DNA of 64,000 nt from Octopus bimaculoides. Its lineage: Eukaryota. The notes beneath the pieces are model-generated. The model had not been told where the DNA came from. It saw nothing but the letters and a program-made list of their open reading frames with translations, and searched no databases. Position 1 is the stretch's first letter. Each line of letters opens with the position of its first letter. This document shows, piece by piece, positions 25,997-38,961 of the stretch. The translations under genes were made by a program, and so were the position numbers. Where the stretch lies: contig NC_068989.1 in NCBI RefSeq assembly GCF_001194135.2, positions 95,691,518-95,755,517 of the forward strand, read 5' to 3'.

Positions 25997-27792
25997 TATG
26001 TGCTTACTGTAACCTCTTAGAGCTTAAGTTTGTACTGAAACATTCCAGATTGTTTCACACAATATTCAGTAACTATTTGCTAAGAATGAAGTGTTTAAAC
26101 TATCCAGCTTGAATTTCTGTACTGCAAAAATTGTAACCATTAACTTTGTGTAAGTATTAAAATACTGTATAAAGCATAGATATTACTTGCATAATCCTAC
26201 CTAAGTCTTATTTTCATCCATGTGATTGTATTTGAATGTAAAGGGATGAGAGAGAAAGAATATTTTCTTTGTTGCAGTGTGTTGCCTGCTTAATGTATTG
26301 TTTTTCCTTAGGTAGAAATTTGAGCAATGTTCAAAGTTATTTGGTATGTTGTTTGAGTATATTACAAGGGTGCTTGCGTATATTCCAAAAGCTTCTTTAC
26401 ACAGTAAGACTATTCATGATTTAAGCTTCTTTCAATTCTTCTGGTGCCTTGGTGACTTCTGAAATGTTATTGATCTAATGCCAATATGCAAATTACCACA
26501 CACATGATATGCATAACCTTTCTACAGCAAAGTAATTTTGTAAATTTTTGTAGTTATTGTAATCATTGGCAATGTACTAACAAAAGTTAAATGGACTTGA
26601 AAAAGAACTGCACTTGCTCTGAAACTGTAGACCATGTGAAAGCCTGTGCTTTTTACCAAATATCTGAGATATATTGATAGTCCCAAAGTTTCACAGGTCA
26701 AACTATACAACTTAACATAGCTGTAGCTTCATCAGGAGGAATGCAGAATCAGGAAAAAGGATGTACCCAAATGAGATTTTATGGTTCTTCGGTATGTCCC
26801 TTGATATTCTGACTTCAGATCTTAGTCAATTTTGCTTTTCAGTTTTATGAGATAGATAAATAAAAGCCACCTGTTATAAAATGTTAATGTAATCAAATAT
26901 ACCCAAGAAGACTTCAGCATGACCAATGACTGAAATCAGTAAAATAGTGAGAAGATAGGTTAAAAAAATGGGATTTTCATGCTATGCATATGAATGTAAG
27001 AGTATGTGCAAGTGAACATGGGTGTGTCTTTGCAAATTTGAACTTATTGTTGATGTCTTTTCTTAGATCACAGCCATTGCTTAGAGAGAATGATTTGGGA
27101 ATTGTACTATATTGGATATATATACATGGGTTAAACATGAACAATAATTGTTATTTCTATTAGACATTACAATATACAGATGCGTTAAAATGAGCTTTGC
27201 AAAGTTTATAGAGTTATCTCAAATCTTCAACAACAACAACAACAATTCTTAACGATAATTTAAATTTAGCTCAGAGTTTTAGCAAGAGATCAATTTTACA
27301 ATCTTTAATAATTATTAGGCAACAATTAAAAAAAAAAGTAGAGATCAAAAAATCTAAATTATGAAAGTTATAATAGATAAGAAAAGAAATTCAAACAACA
27401 GGTCTTTTGTATGATTATAGTCATACGAGTCCTGTTTATTGCATATTTTAAAAACTAAATAAAAATTTAAAAATTCAAAAACTCAGTAATTAAAGAATAT
27501 CATAGATAAAATCAGAATAGTTCTACTACATACTTAAACATATCTAGATAAAGTTTTAAAATTAATTTCACATACTATTGATATTGTTTGATAAAATATA
27601 ACCATAAAGACAAGAGAATAAGTAAAGAATTCTGATAATAACCTCTTTAAGAAAGCCTACAATAAGGAACTACCAGTCTATTATCTGACAATTTATTTCA
27701 ATTAAAATGGTTGGTTATTCTAAATTATTAATAATCTAAATTGATAATTTGAAAATCTTTTTAAAACTTGTGACAGAACAATATTACATGCT

Positions 27793-27846
27793 ACTCACCA
27801 ATATTTGACAAGAGCACTTACCTGCAATAGAAGAAAGGAAATCAGT
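27793..27846 (-). other. Candidate recursive splice site with 23-nt RS-exon
   Basis: Minus strand reads A-CTGAT-TTCCTTTCTTCTATTGCAG|GTAAGTGCTCTTGTCAAATATTG|GTGAGT. Confidence 0.5.
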
Positions 27847-28936
27847 AATTCAATAAAATAATCTCTCAATATATAAATATAATTCAATAATATAAACTAT
27901 AGCATAAAATTAATCTTTTTTAAATTCATGATTAACTGCAAATATAATTCTCAGTATGCGAGAATAATTTTAGAAAAAAACTCGCTCGTGGTTATTAAGG
28001 AAATAGAATACAATTGGTTTTGCACTGAAAGAACAAGAAAAATTGTTTTGAAATACAATTAAATATCAATTATACAACATTCAGGTGTCACAGACGTTTT
28101 GCACTTTTTCTTTTTTTTCTTTCATTTGTTTGTGGTGTGGTGATGGTGGTGGGACATCAGTGCATTTTTAGTCCCATATCCCAAGCTGGAGATTAAATAT
28201 TGTTCTTCAAATATGAGTTGATGTTACATCATGATGATACAAAGCAATGTAAGAACTAATAAACTAAATGAAAATGCCATTAACACATTCTAATTAATAA
28301 TCATAACCTTCCTTTTTTTTTTTTTTCCAGACAGGAACAATTATACAGAACTAGCTGAAGAGTGATATAAAAGAATTTTTAAAATTAACAAATAATTAGC
28401 ATTTCTACAAAGTGAATTGCAAATTAATTTTTGATTTGAAAGAATGCAAAACACTACACATCAAAAAAAAACAATTCCTCGTGGCCTTTCAATAATATTT
28501 CCTTTTCAACTTTGTCAGATTGTTATCAATTATTATTATTACTGTTTCATCCAAAATAGAAGACAGTAAAACAATAATAAAGTGGATGCAAGCCTTTTTT
28601 TAGATTCTTGATTTGTAACCTCCTGGGTTTCAAACTCATACAANNNNNNNNNNNNNNNNNNNNNNNNNNNNNNNNNNNNNNNNNNNNNNNNNNNNNNNNN
28701 NNNNNNNNNNNNNNNNNNNNNNNNNNNNNNNNNNNNNNNNNNNNNNNNNNNNNNNNNNNNNNNNNNNNNNNNNNNNNNNNNNNNNNNNNNNNNNNNNNNN
28801 NNNNNNNNNNNNNNNNNNNNNNNNNNNNNNNNNNNNNNNNNNNNNNNNNNNNNNNNNNNNNNNNNNNNNNNNNNNNNNNNNNNNNNNNNNNNNNNNNNNN
28901 NNNNNNNNNNNNNNNNNNNNNNNNNNNNNNNNNNNN

Positions 28937-28969
<33 letters not shown>

Positions 28970-31048
28970 CATTTATTTATTTTTAGATATTTACTGCTAA
29001 AACAAATGACAAAATATCCAGGTTTAATACTGCGTGTCGTCTCTTAATTTCCGAGGAAGATTACTATATTTCTTTCATCAGTACTATTGGTGTCAAATAA
29101 TGATGTAAAAAAAATGTGGCAACTATTTTCATTGTTATTTGACATGAATTGCTTTTATGGGCAACATCATATTTCTTTTTCGATATCTTTAAATTTGTAA
29201 AACAAGTGTTTTTACAATCAGATGCCCTTTACAATGCTGATAAATTAACTATGAAGTAGTTCTTCAGATAGGCAAATTATACAAAAATGGAAAGTATCCT
29301 AAACTTGTTCATAATCATTGAAATCTGATTGCTTTGATTAAGTACATTGTGATAAAATATAAACATATGATTAAATAATATCTTAAACTACAACTCTGGT
29401 AAATTCAAAGATATAAAATGGTTATTTTGCTTATATCTTTTGCTTACCTTTTCATCAGATGATTTTAAAATTACATATATCAACTTTCTAAATTTGTAAA
29501 AATGAACAAATACAGAGATAAAATTTAAGAAATTTATGATGGTCAGCTTAATAGTCTTATAGTTACACATTCAACAAAACAATTGATAAGGCATCAACAT
29601 TTATCTATATCAATATTTGATAATGGTGATAATTTCAAACAAAGAAAACAAATTACTAGCAGATATTCATTACAGTAGTATTGTCTTTGTAATATTCCAT
29701 GTGAAGTTTACATAATTAATGATTGACAGTAAAATAAATTTATGGTGTATCTCATCAATTGTATATTTTGAAATATGCAAGATAAAAAAACTATAGATAA
29801 CATATATATATATTAGATGATGCATAATTAATAGCAATTAATCAGAATAATATTTTAATGATAGAAATCTACCTACAATGCCTAATTTGCAATGGCTTAA
29901 AAGTATCAACTATGGAAACATAAAAGTAATTTTTGTTAATAATAATAATAAGTACATAGTCAAATAAATATAAAAAATATAGTTGCTGTTTAGTTTCATG
30001 TCAGTTCTGACAGAGCAGATGTATGAAGATCTCATCTTATTTCTGAACAATGTATCCAAGACTATACTACCTGATGCATCCTTTTACCTTTTTTTAAAGA
30101 TAATAGGGTGTGGCTTAAAGTGAACTGGGCTGCTGTTTCTAACAAGTGATTGCATAGAAGTTTTCTCCTATTGGCTAATTGTTAAGCTTCAATTTAGAAA
30201 TTGTAATTTGTGATGGAGAAAGTTCTAGATTATCTCTTATGTCAAATAATTCTTTAACATATACATTTATATATCTATAACATATTTTCATAAGGTATAC
30301 AGGGACTTGTAAATCATAGTGATTTCAAATATACTACACTGTTCAACTTGTAAGCAGAATTTCAGTTGTAATTTTTCAAGTTTAGCAAGGTTTCTGTATA
30401 ATAGCTTAGTATTCTTACTTAGTTTCATCCCTATTTTCAATGAATTTTTTAACAATAAATTATCAATAAACATTCTCAAAATTGGATGCCATTCAATAAT
30501 TTGAAAGAATTTCATTACAATAGCAAAATAGATTTATAATTCTCAACTATCATGAAAATTTAAGCCAATACATAAGCAAATACATGTTTAAAATTGTAAA
30601 AATAATACATAAAATTACATTGCTGCAAAATACTCTGAACTTCCAAAATGTGTAAGTACAAATACGAAAAGACACTTGAAATAACTTCAATTATACTAAC
30701 AATCATTTTTGGTTGAGGGAAGAAAGATACAAATTATTTCTGAAGAAATGTAGCATACATAAAGAAAAGTAGTGCCAAAAGTAAAAAATATCTAAGTTCT
30801 AAAAAAACATTACTATAAAAATCATTTCTACAATTAATTTTATGAAATGATTTTTATGAATAAGTCAATATAAATAAGTAGCTAATTAAAACCTGTTCAA
30901 ATAAGTTATGTGAAATTAAAGGACAATATAAATTAATTAAATGCTTAAGATCATAGTTAATTCTAATTAAGTGAATTACTATATTCAACATATATCTTAC
31001 TTAATATCTTAATACATATTATTATTATCATTATTATTGTCTACCTCT

Positions 31049-31596
31049 ACCTGTGGTAGGGGTAAGCCCAGGAAGAAGTGGTGAAGCATAAACTTTGAAC
31101 TTTGGGCCTCACAGAGGCAATGACTAGTGACTGAGACCTTTGGCGATATGCTGCGCTAGAGAAGACCCATCAAGCCAAATGAAATCACAGTCGTGGCTGA
31201 TGTTAGTGTCGCATAACTGGCACACATGCTGGTGGCACATAAACAGCACCTTTCATGCATTGGACCTCACAGAGGCAAAGTGGCTGAGGCTGGTGGCACA
31301 TGAACAGCTCCTTTCGAATGTCGGGCCTCATAAAGGCAATGACTGAGACCTTAAGCATTATGCTGTGCTAGAGAAGACCCATCAAGCCATGTAAACTCAC
31401 AGTCATGACAGATACCGGTGTGAATCAAATGGCACCCATGCCAGTAAAAGCATGTCAAAGCACCCATTACACTCTCGGAGTGGTTCACATTAGGAAGGGT
31501 ATCCAACCATAGAAACCCTGCCAAATCAGACTGGAGTCTGGTGCAGCCTTCCAGCTTACCAGCCCTGGTCAAACCGTCCAACAATGCCAGCATGGA
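31049..31596 (+). mobile_element. RTE LINE ORF terminus plus 3' UTR
   Basis: TCGRGKPRKKW..VVKHKL*TLGLTEAMTSD*DLWRYAALEKTHQAK*, then a UTR with re-duplicated GGCCTCACAGAGGCAA units and the standard tail. Confidence 0.85.
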
Positions 31597-31751
31597 CATC
31601 ATCATCAACATCATGATCGTTTAACGTCCGCCTTCCATGCTAGCATGGGTTGGACAATTTGACGGAGGACTGGTGAACCAGATGGCTGCACCAGGCTCCA
31701 ATCTGATCTGGCAGAGTTTCTACAGCTGGATGCCCTTCCTAACGCCAACCA
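31597..31751 (-). mobile_element. RTE LINE 3' end, tail-to-tail with the previous copy
   Basis: (CAT)n-CGTTTAACGTCCGCCTTCCATGCTAGCATGGG...GGATGCCCTTCCTAACGCCAACC. Confidence 0.9.
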
Positions 31752-31945
31752 TGCTCATATGGTTATGGTCAAACAGCTGACAAGCAAATCTGTGGTATTG
31801 AGCAGAATATTTGCTGTAGCCCATCTTTTATACTAAGACAAAACATGTACATGGTAACACTTTCAATCAGTTAAGATCAGAAGCCATGAGAGCCACTGCC
31901 TGGGACTGCATCAGGGCATTTATTATTATCGTTATTATTAATATT
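31752..31945 (+). mobile_element. Probable 3' end of another non-LTR element with (ATT)n-like tail
   Basis: CAATCAGTTAAGATCAGAAGCCATGAGAGCCACTGCCTGGGACTGCATCAGGGCATT followed by ATT repeats. Family assignment is from recall only. Confidence 0.45.
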
Positions 31946-32404
31946 ATTACCCCGAAAGGATGAAAGACAAAGTTGAACCCAGCAGAATTTGAAATTAGAA
32001 TGACGATGATGATGATGATGATGATGAATGTGAAGATGGATAAAATGCTGCTAAGTATTTTGCCTGGCTTGCTATCAATTCAGCCAGTTTGCTGCCTTAA
32101 TGGTGATGATGATGATGATAAATATGATATTTTTTTCCTAAAAGGAAATATTTTACTCTTGACCACTAGATATTTTGATTTCTTTTAAAAAATTCCATTT
32201 TCAATTTCCATTTCTGTTTTCAATAAAATAGGAATATCTCACTTTAGTAAGAATAGCCTTGACGTTTATCATACATGCTTGTAACGAAGATACAATTTGC
32301 AGAAAGAGGACAGGTGAGGGGGATGATAAAGTGGCAGTGGGCTGCAAGAACACAGGGAGTTAGAGAAGCATAGTGCATGAAGAGATGTAGTTTGGTTCAT
32401 TGGA

Positions 32405-32900
32405 GTGAACCTTTTATCACCAAACATCTTAGTCCATTATCTCCTCCGTTTGGCTCAGCATATTGCAAGCAGTCCTCACTACTTCATCCCATGCCTTCCT
32501 GAATTTCCTCTTCTACAGGTCCCATCCACTTTAAGCAATCAACCCTCTTTTATAAACCTGCTTTCATTCATAGGCATTACCTGTCCAAAATATTGTTGTC
32601 TTCTTTCTTGCATGCTACATCCGATTCCTCTTGGATCTAACTTTACTTTCACACATTTGCACTTTGTTCTACATTGTACACTGGTGTTGCACATCCAATG
32701 GATCATACTAGCTTCATTCCTCTAGTCTTTGCATGTCTTTTGCATCCAGGCCCATACCTCACTATCATAGAGCATAGCCATTTATAAACTAGCATCAAAC
32801 AATCTAATCTGACCTTTTGTGGCCAATAGACATAATAACTTTCTAAACTTTCTCTATCAGCATCCAGAATATATATTCTGGGGATGTAGACCTGAATGTT
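32405..32900 (-). mobile_element. Decayed RTE RT C-terminal fragment
   Basis: Minus strand reads EASMIHWMCNTSV..RGIGCSMQERRQQYFGQVMPMNES..VDGTCRRG. Confidence 0.75.
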
Positions 32901-32954
32901 CTCTCTAGATATACCAAACAATCCTTTCAGATATGGCTAAAAATATTTGGCTGT

Positions 32955-33110
32955 ATGGTTAAGAAGGTTGTTTCCTCAACACATGGTTTTCAGTTTGGTT
33001 CTACTACATGAAACTTTGGACAAGTGTCTTCTACTATAACTCTCAGTTGATCAACGTTTTCTAGGTGTATTTGATAGATGGAAACTGAAAAAGTGTGTTG
33101 TCTATTTCTG
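32955..33110 (+). mobile_element. Decayed tRNA-derived SINE head
   Basis: CACATGGTTTTCAGTTTGG...GGACAAGTGTCTTCTACTATA...GATGGAAACTGAAAAAG. Confidence 0.6.
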
Positions 33111-33214
33111 TGCATGTGCATGTGTGCATGTGCGTGTGTGCATGTGCGTGTGTGTGTGTGTGTGTGTGCGCGTGTGTGTGTATGCGTGTGTGTGTGTGTG
33201 TGTGTGTCCGTGTC

Positions 33215-33445
33215 CTCATCTTGATATCATGTGAAAGTAATAAACGAGTATCACACTAATACAAGCAGTGCCTTTCATTTCTGATATTCTGTGGAGGCGT
33301 GTCCAGCCCTGGGGAGACATTACCATGTTTAAAAACAGGTGATGGGATGGGCATCTGGCCAGAGAACTCTGCCTTGAAACATTCTGTGTGATCCACGCAA
33401 GCATGAAAAAGAGGATGTTAAAAGAAGAGGATGATGATGATGATG
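33215..33445 (+). mobile_element. Variant LINE/SINE 3' region with RTE-type tail
   Basis: GGGGAGACATTACCATGTTTAAAAACAGGTGA..GGGCATCTGGCC..AAGCATGAAAAAGAGGATGTTAAA..(GAT)n. Confidence 0.6.
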
Positions 33446-34267
33446 AATTTCTCTTTGATGTGTTGTATAATTTTTCTAAAATATCAACTTCCAAAAGGAT
33501 TTTTTTCGAGACATAGCTGATGCACAAATAATCTGATTGAGAAAAGGTGTTTAGTTTTACCCATTCCGAAGCTATTAAGACCCACTAACATCAAAGTAGT
33601 GATCCCTTAAGTATTAGATTCATTCTCTTTAGAGATCATATGCCCAAAATTGATTCAGAAAAAGAATGTTATGACATAGTTTAAATTTTAAAAATAAAAC
33701 AAATTAAATTCTTGCTTATACTGTCCAACTAGATATCTTTTTGGGTATATATATATAAAAAAGAAAAACTAGCTCATTAAAAAAATGTATTTGGAAGAAT
33801 TTTAAATTCAAAATAGCATCATTAAATATTTTAAGCCATATACCAGAAATATTGATGTCATTTATGACAGAAGACATTTAGGACATGAAATGACATAAGC
33901 ATTTAAATGACATATGCTTTTTCAAAAATAATTTTTCAATCAAAAGCTACAAAATATGATATATTGCCACAATTATATCAATTTCTTCTTATTGAAACCA
34001 TCTTCATAAAACAAAATATGAAGGAGGTGGATGTCTTATTTTCATAAAAATTGAAAAATTCACTTTAAAAGGTTGCACTGGAAGATAAAACAAAAAAACG
34101 AATTTCCTAATTCGATAATTAAATTCAAATTCTGGAGACTATAACAAGAATTTCTCTGAAGATTATTACTGTATACCTCATTTGCCAAGTGAACAAATCT
34201 TGAAGAGGAAAGTAATTTGATAGTACATTAAATATATATATAAATATAGACACATGTATACACATGT

Positions 34268-34429
<162 letters not shown>

Positions 34430-35084
34430 CACATATACATGCATATATATGCATGTGTATGTATAAAGGAGGTAGTAATGTAGATAAACACAATTAGGCT
34501 TGACACATACATAGGGCACAAAATACAGAAAACTATGAAGAAAATACATAATTGTGTATGTATATAAATGTATGCATATGTATGTGTGTGTATGTGTATA
34601 TATATGTAAACATGTCTTCATATGATTTTTAAACTGTCAAATGTTTGTTTATATTCTTATAGATTGTATCATTCTGAGTAAATGTTTTCAAAAACACTTA
34701 TGTTTGTACAGCTTCACTAACTTTCCATCAATTCAGTAGACAACCAGTCAAAAACTATAAGTTAATGTTTCAAAAGACAATTTTTTTTGATTTTTATAAA
34801 CAAAAGTAAAATAACATCAAAAGAAAAACTTATTGTTATGCTAATAGTACAGAACTAAAACAAAAATTACTGGCTTAAGAAAATTTTAGTTACATAAGTT
34901 TCAATGGTAATATGAGACTGTGCATCAGCCATTCATTCTTCGACTTAAAAAAATCTTCTAACATAACATTTTACTAATAATATTTTCAGTGAATTTAGAA
35001 CATATGTACATGTAATAAGTTAAATTGCTGGATCAGATGATGAAAGTTAGAGAGAGTCATAACTCAATTCATTAGAAACAGAAT

Positions 35085-35250
35085 AAGAGCAGATGAGATA
35101 GTATGCGCCACTGGATGTGCAATGTGTATGTTATGACAAAGTAGAAATGTATTGAGAGAAAAGTTAGGCATTAAAGGAATCAGAGAAAACTGCGTTGATT
35201 TGGTCGTTTGATGTGTATGGATGAGGACAATTGTATGAAAAAAAGTGTAC
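35085..35250 (+). mobile_element. Decayed RTE RT C-terminal fragment
   Basis: MRHWMCNVYV..VLREKLGIKGIR..MDEDNCMKK. Confidence 0.7.
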
Positions 35251-35554
35251 CTAAATGTTTCCTTATTCCATTTCCTTGTAAAGGAAATGGAATAATGAAA
35301 ATAAATTAGTCATCAAATTAGACAACCAACTAAGTGAGGGTTTATGAGTTCCTAACCACAACAGTCATTTAGGCGTGTCTATTGTTAAACAGAACATTCA
35401 GTGAATTAATTGAAAAGTTTAGGCACAAGATCTCCATAACATAACGAATGCTTCCTAGTGTCATCCCACTGTGCACCTCCTTGGCCCAGTCCCTTCTACG
35501 TTGGTCTTGCAAATGAAATTTTAGACTAAAACTGTTCAGAAAACTTGCATTTAT

Positions 35555-35915
35555 TCTTTTATTCTTATTTGTTCCCACTATTAGACTGCAGTCACGCTGG
35601 GATACTGCATTGAAGGATTTAGTCAATCAAATCAACCCAGTACTTATTCTTATTGGAGTCTTTTTGCTAAACTCCTAAGTCGCTGAGATGTAAAAAACAG
35701 AGCAACACTGGTTGTCAAGTGATGCAAGATAAAAACAATCACAAAAAAGATGCACACGCACCTAAACAATAGACTTCTGCAAGATTTCCATCAACTAAAT
35801 TCACTCACCTTTGGTTCAGTCCAGGGCTACAGTAGAAGATATTTGCCCAAAGTGCATATAAAGTGACCGAACCTAAGGCCCCTTAGTTGTAAAACAAACT
35901 TAATCCTGCAGCCAT
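35555..35915 (-). mobile_element. Decayed near full-length tRNA-derived SINE
   Basis: Reverse tail (GACTGCAGTCACGCTGGGATACTGC..CCCAGTACTTATTC), middle and head (GGGCTACAGTAGAAGATATTTGCCCAAAGTGC) in the order of the 57260 SINE. Confidence 0.65.
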
Positions 35916-38900
35916 GTCAAATATGACAGTCCATGTCAGTTTCCATGCCAACTGGTGCATTGAACAGGGATGCCTTGCAATAATTCATATCGAGTTATCT
36001 TTCATGACACCAAGAAGGAAAACTTGCTTTTCATTTACCATGAATCAATATAATTAATATCAGGCAAAGTATTGAAGAAGATATAATTGACTAAAAACTA
36101 TTCAAAGCAGTATAGCAGCATGGTTGCAGTCCAATGATTGAGACCACTAAAATAATGATATATGTATAAATAAAATGGTTTATTCAATTACATTTCTATT
36201 AAGTATTTTAGTAAAATTCTATTTATAGCAATTTCAGTCAAATCTGTGATTTGAGTTATTGTTCAAACACTTCAAATTAGATAATGCTGAGTTAAGCATA
36301 ATTAAATCTCACGTTTATTTTCTAAAATTTATGTATTTACAGAGAAGTTAAGATGCAAATACAATAAGCAAGAATTTATGAGTGTGTTTGTGTGTTTACA
36401 CAGACACACACACCTCAGTTCAATTCCTCTGCTAAATCAATCAGGGAAGACTTGTCAAAACAAATGCCTTACTGATTATTTTTATATACAATATGAAAAT
36501 ACTCTCTCTCTCTCTCATACACATACACACAAATATGTGTATATATATATAATATGAAAGAGAGTTCAAGAAATCATTAATCTTCACAAAAATAAAAAAA
36601 CTTGCAGATTAGATACACCTTCTCAATTGCAAATGTTTAATATTACAAAAATTCTATTAATTCAAAGTTGTTAGATAAATAAACCTGACAGTTAGATGCA
36701 CATTTTTATATTTTTCAAAATACAATGAAGTCACCAAATACAGATATACCTAGACACATTTCACAAACACACACACACACACACACACACATAAATTAAA
36801 CATCTTTAACAATTATTTTGCTAGGAAAATAGAAAATATAGAAATGCAGCATAATACATAATTAGCAAGCATTAAAAACTAATGACATGTTTCCTTATTC
36901 TTATGTTTGTTTTAAACTTTACTTAATCTGGAAACCTGATGTTTCTAAGTAAAATTTCTTGAGTTTTGCACTTGTTTATATACTTAAGAATATGCATTTA
37001 TAGACACTTTAAAATTCACATGATACATGCAACTTTTCAATTTAACTTCAGTGAGCCACGTTATTTTGCATAAATGACGAGGCCTAAGAACTTAATCCTC
37101 TACCGGAATTGTGTTTTTCTTAACTTCTAAAAAGTAGAATTTACAAAACTGAATGGCATGAAGGTAAATTTCAATATATAATATATCTAATTATACTGTA
37201 AGTTATCATTTTGAAATTAGACATTTAAATAATTACAAATTCATATATTCTTTAGATGAATTTCTATGTAATTGTTTATACCAGCTTAACCACAATGTCA
37301 CCTATAACAGTTCCAATTATTTCAAAATTAATTGCATTTAACTGACTTATAAGTATCTGTAAGGTAGTGAACATTTGTGAATATTATTAGTGAGAAATGC
37401 AGTAAATATTAGTCATTGTGCTTCACCTACCCTAACTGGAAACTGGAAAGCAAACTTTCAGAATAGCTGTCCCATATAAGCTTGAATTTCCCTGCTTTGT
37501 TGGGATTTTGTAGGTTTTGCTTTTTGCCTTTGTAATCCCAAAACAAGAGATGACTTGTAAAATACTAGACAAAAGATAACCAAAACTCTAAACTTACAAT
37601 ATCTGACACAAAATATCATATAACTGTGATTGACATTATACTAGTCATCAGCATCATCCCCCAAAACGTCCTCAAGGTAGTAACTTTATGAGATTACTGC
37701 TACAACAATATACATGGTCATCTGTATGAAAAACTGCCAGAGAATGAATATGAATGATACTTTTGATGTTAAGCATATTGATAGCACACTCAATCAAGCT
37801 AATCCTTTTATTATGGAAGTCCTGAAGAAGGGATAGATACTACTCATATTTCTCACTTTAACAAATGAAAAATTCAATATGTAAGTGTTTGTAAGCAATA
37901 TAAATTTTAATTTGTCAGCAAAATTACTAAGTCCTTTAGATCGACTATAAATAATAACTTAATTCTTAGTTCTTAAACATCTCAAGTAATCATTCTTGAC
38001 AAATATGCAATCTGGAAGATAATTACTACTTAATTAAACTGTTGCATGGTTTCTGGTCAAGTAATTTGATTTAAGAACCTCAAACTAACTATATTAAAAT
38101 CACTTCCAATGCTTTCTTAATTATGCAGAAAGTGAAAGAGATTTAACAATCAATTTTGCAAGTATTCTTCTTAAAACTAAGGTTGATGAATATGTGTTTT
38201 TTATAATACATATCCTTTGTATTTACTACCTGGATCATCATTAATAATAACCTGTTTGCCATGAACAAAATTTCAAAGAGGTAAAATATTAGCACCCTAT
38301 GTCCTTAAATCCTTGAACAAAGCATTTTCACATTTTTTAGATGAAAACAGTTTGATGGGTTTTTTTTTAAAAATAATTTAATTAAATTTATTTAATACAG
38401 AATATCAAAAAAGTTAATTATATAGAGAGCATCTTTTACGAAAGAACAGTGAAAATAAAACTAACAAACAAAAATACTTTATTTGTAAAGAAAACTATTT
38501 GCAACCCATAAAAGAAAAAAAATGAGAAAATGTTACTTAAAATCAAAGACTTTGTTTTAAGTAGGAAGCAATAAAGTTATAAAAATGTTAAAGAAAAGTT
38601 TCAATAAAAGTAAAATAATTTATTAGATATTTTTTATATTCTAATACAAAACAAATCTCTTCAGTATAATTTAGCCCAAAGATCATTTAAAATACACTTA
38701 TATAATTGATAATAGTCAAGGAAAGAAAAAATTGTCTTCTACAAAACATTGTCAACTTAGATTGCTATAAGAACTGGGAAATTTCCTAAACTAAAATAAG
38801 ACAACCCCTTCTAAACAAATATGTCAGAACTAGTTAACAAAAATAAGGTTATATGTGTGCAAGTGTGTGTGTGTGAATATCTATACACACATACAAACAC

Positions 38901-38917
38901 ACACACATGTATACACA

Positions 38918-38961
<44 letters not shown>

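Noticed and set aside
26685-26740. Minus-strand CTGATGA...GAAAC with an intervening hairpin
   Set aside because: About 8 unpaired nt separate the stem from GAAA, and there are no stems I or III.
35369-35626. 85-aa minus ORF (DQRRRDWAKEVHSG...)
   Set aside because: Begins inside a SINE tail, has no splice signals and no recognisable domain.
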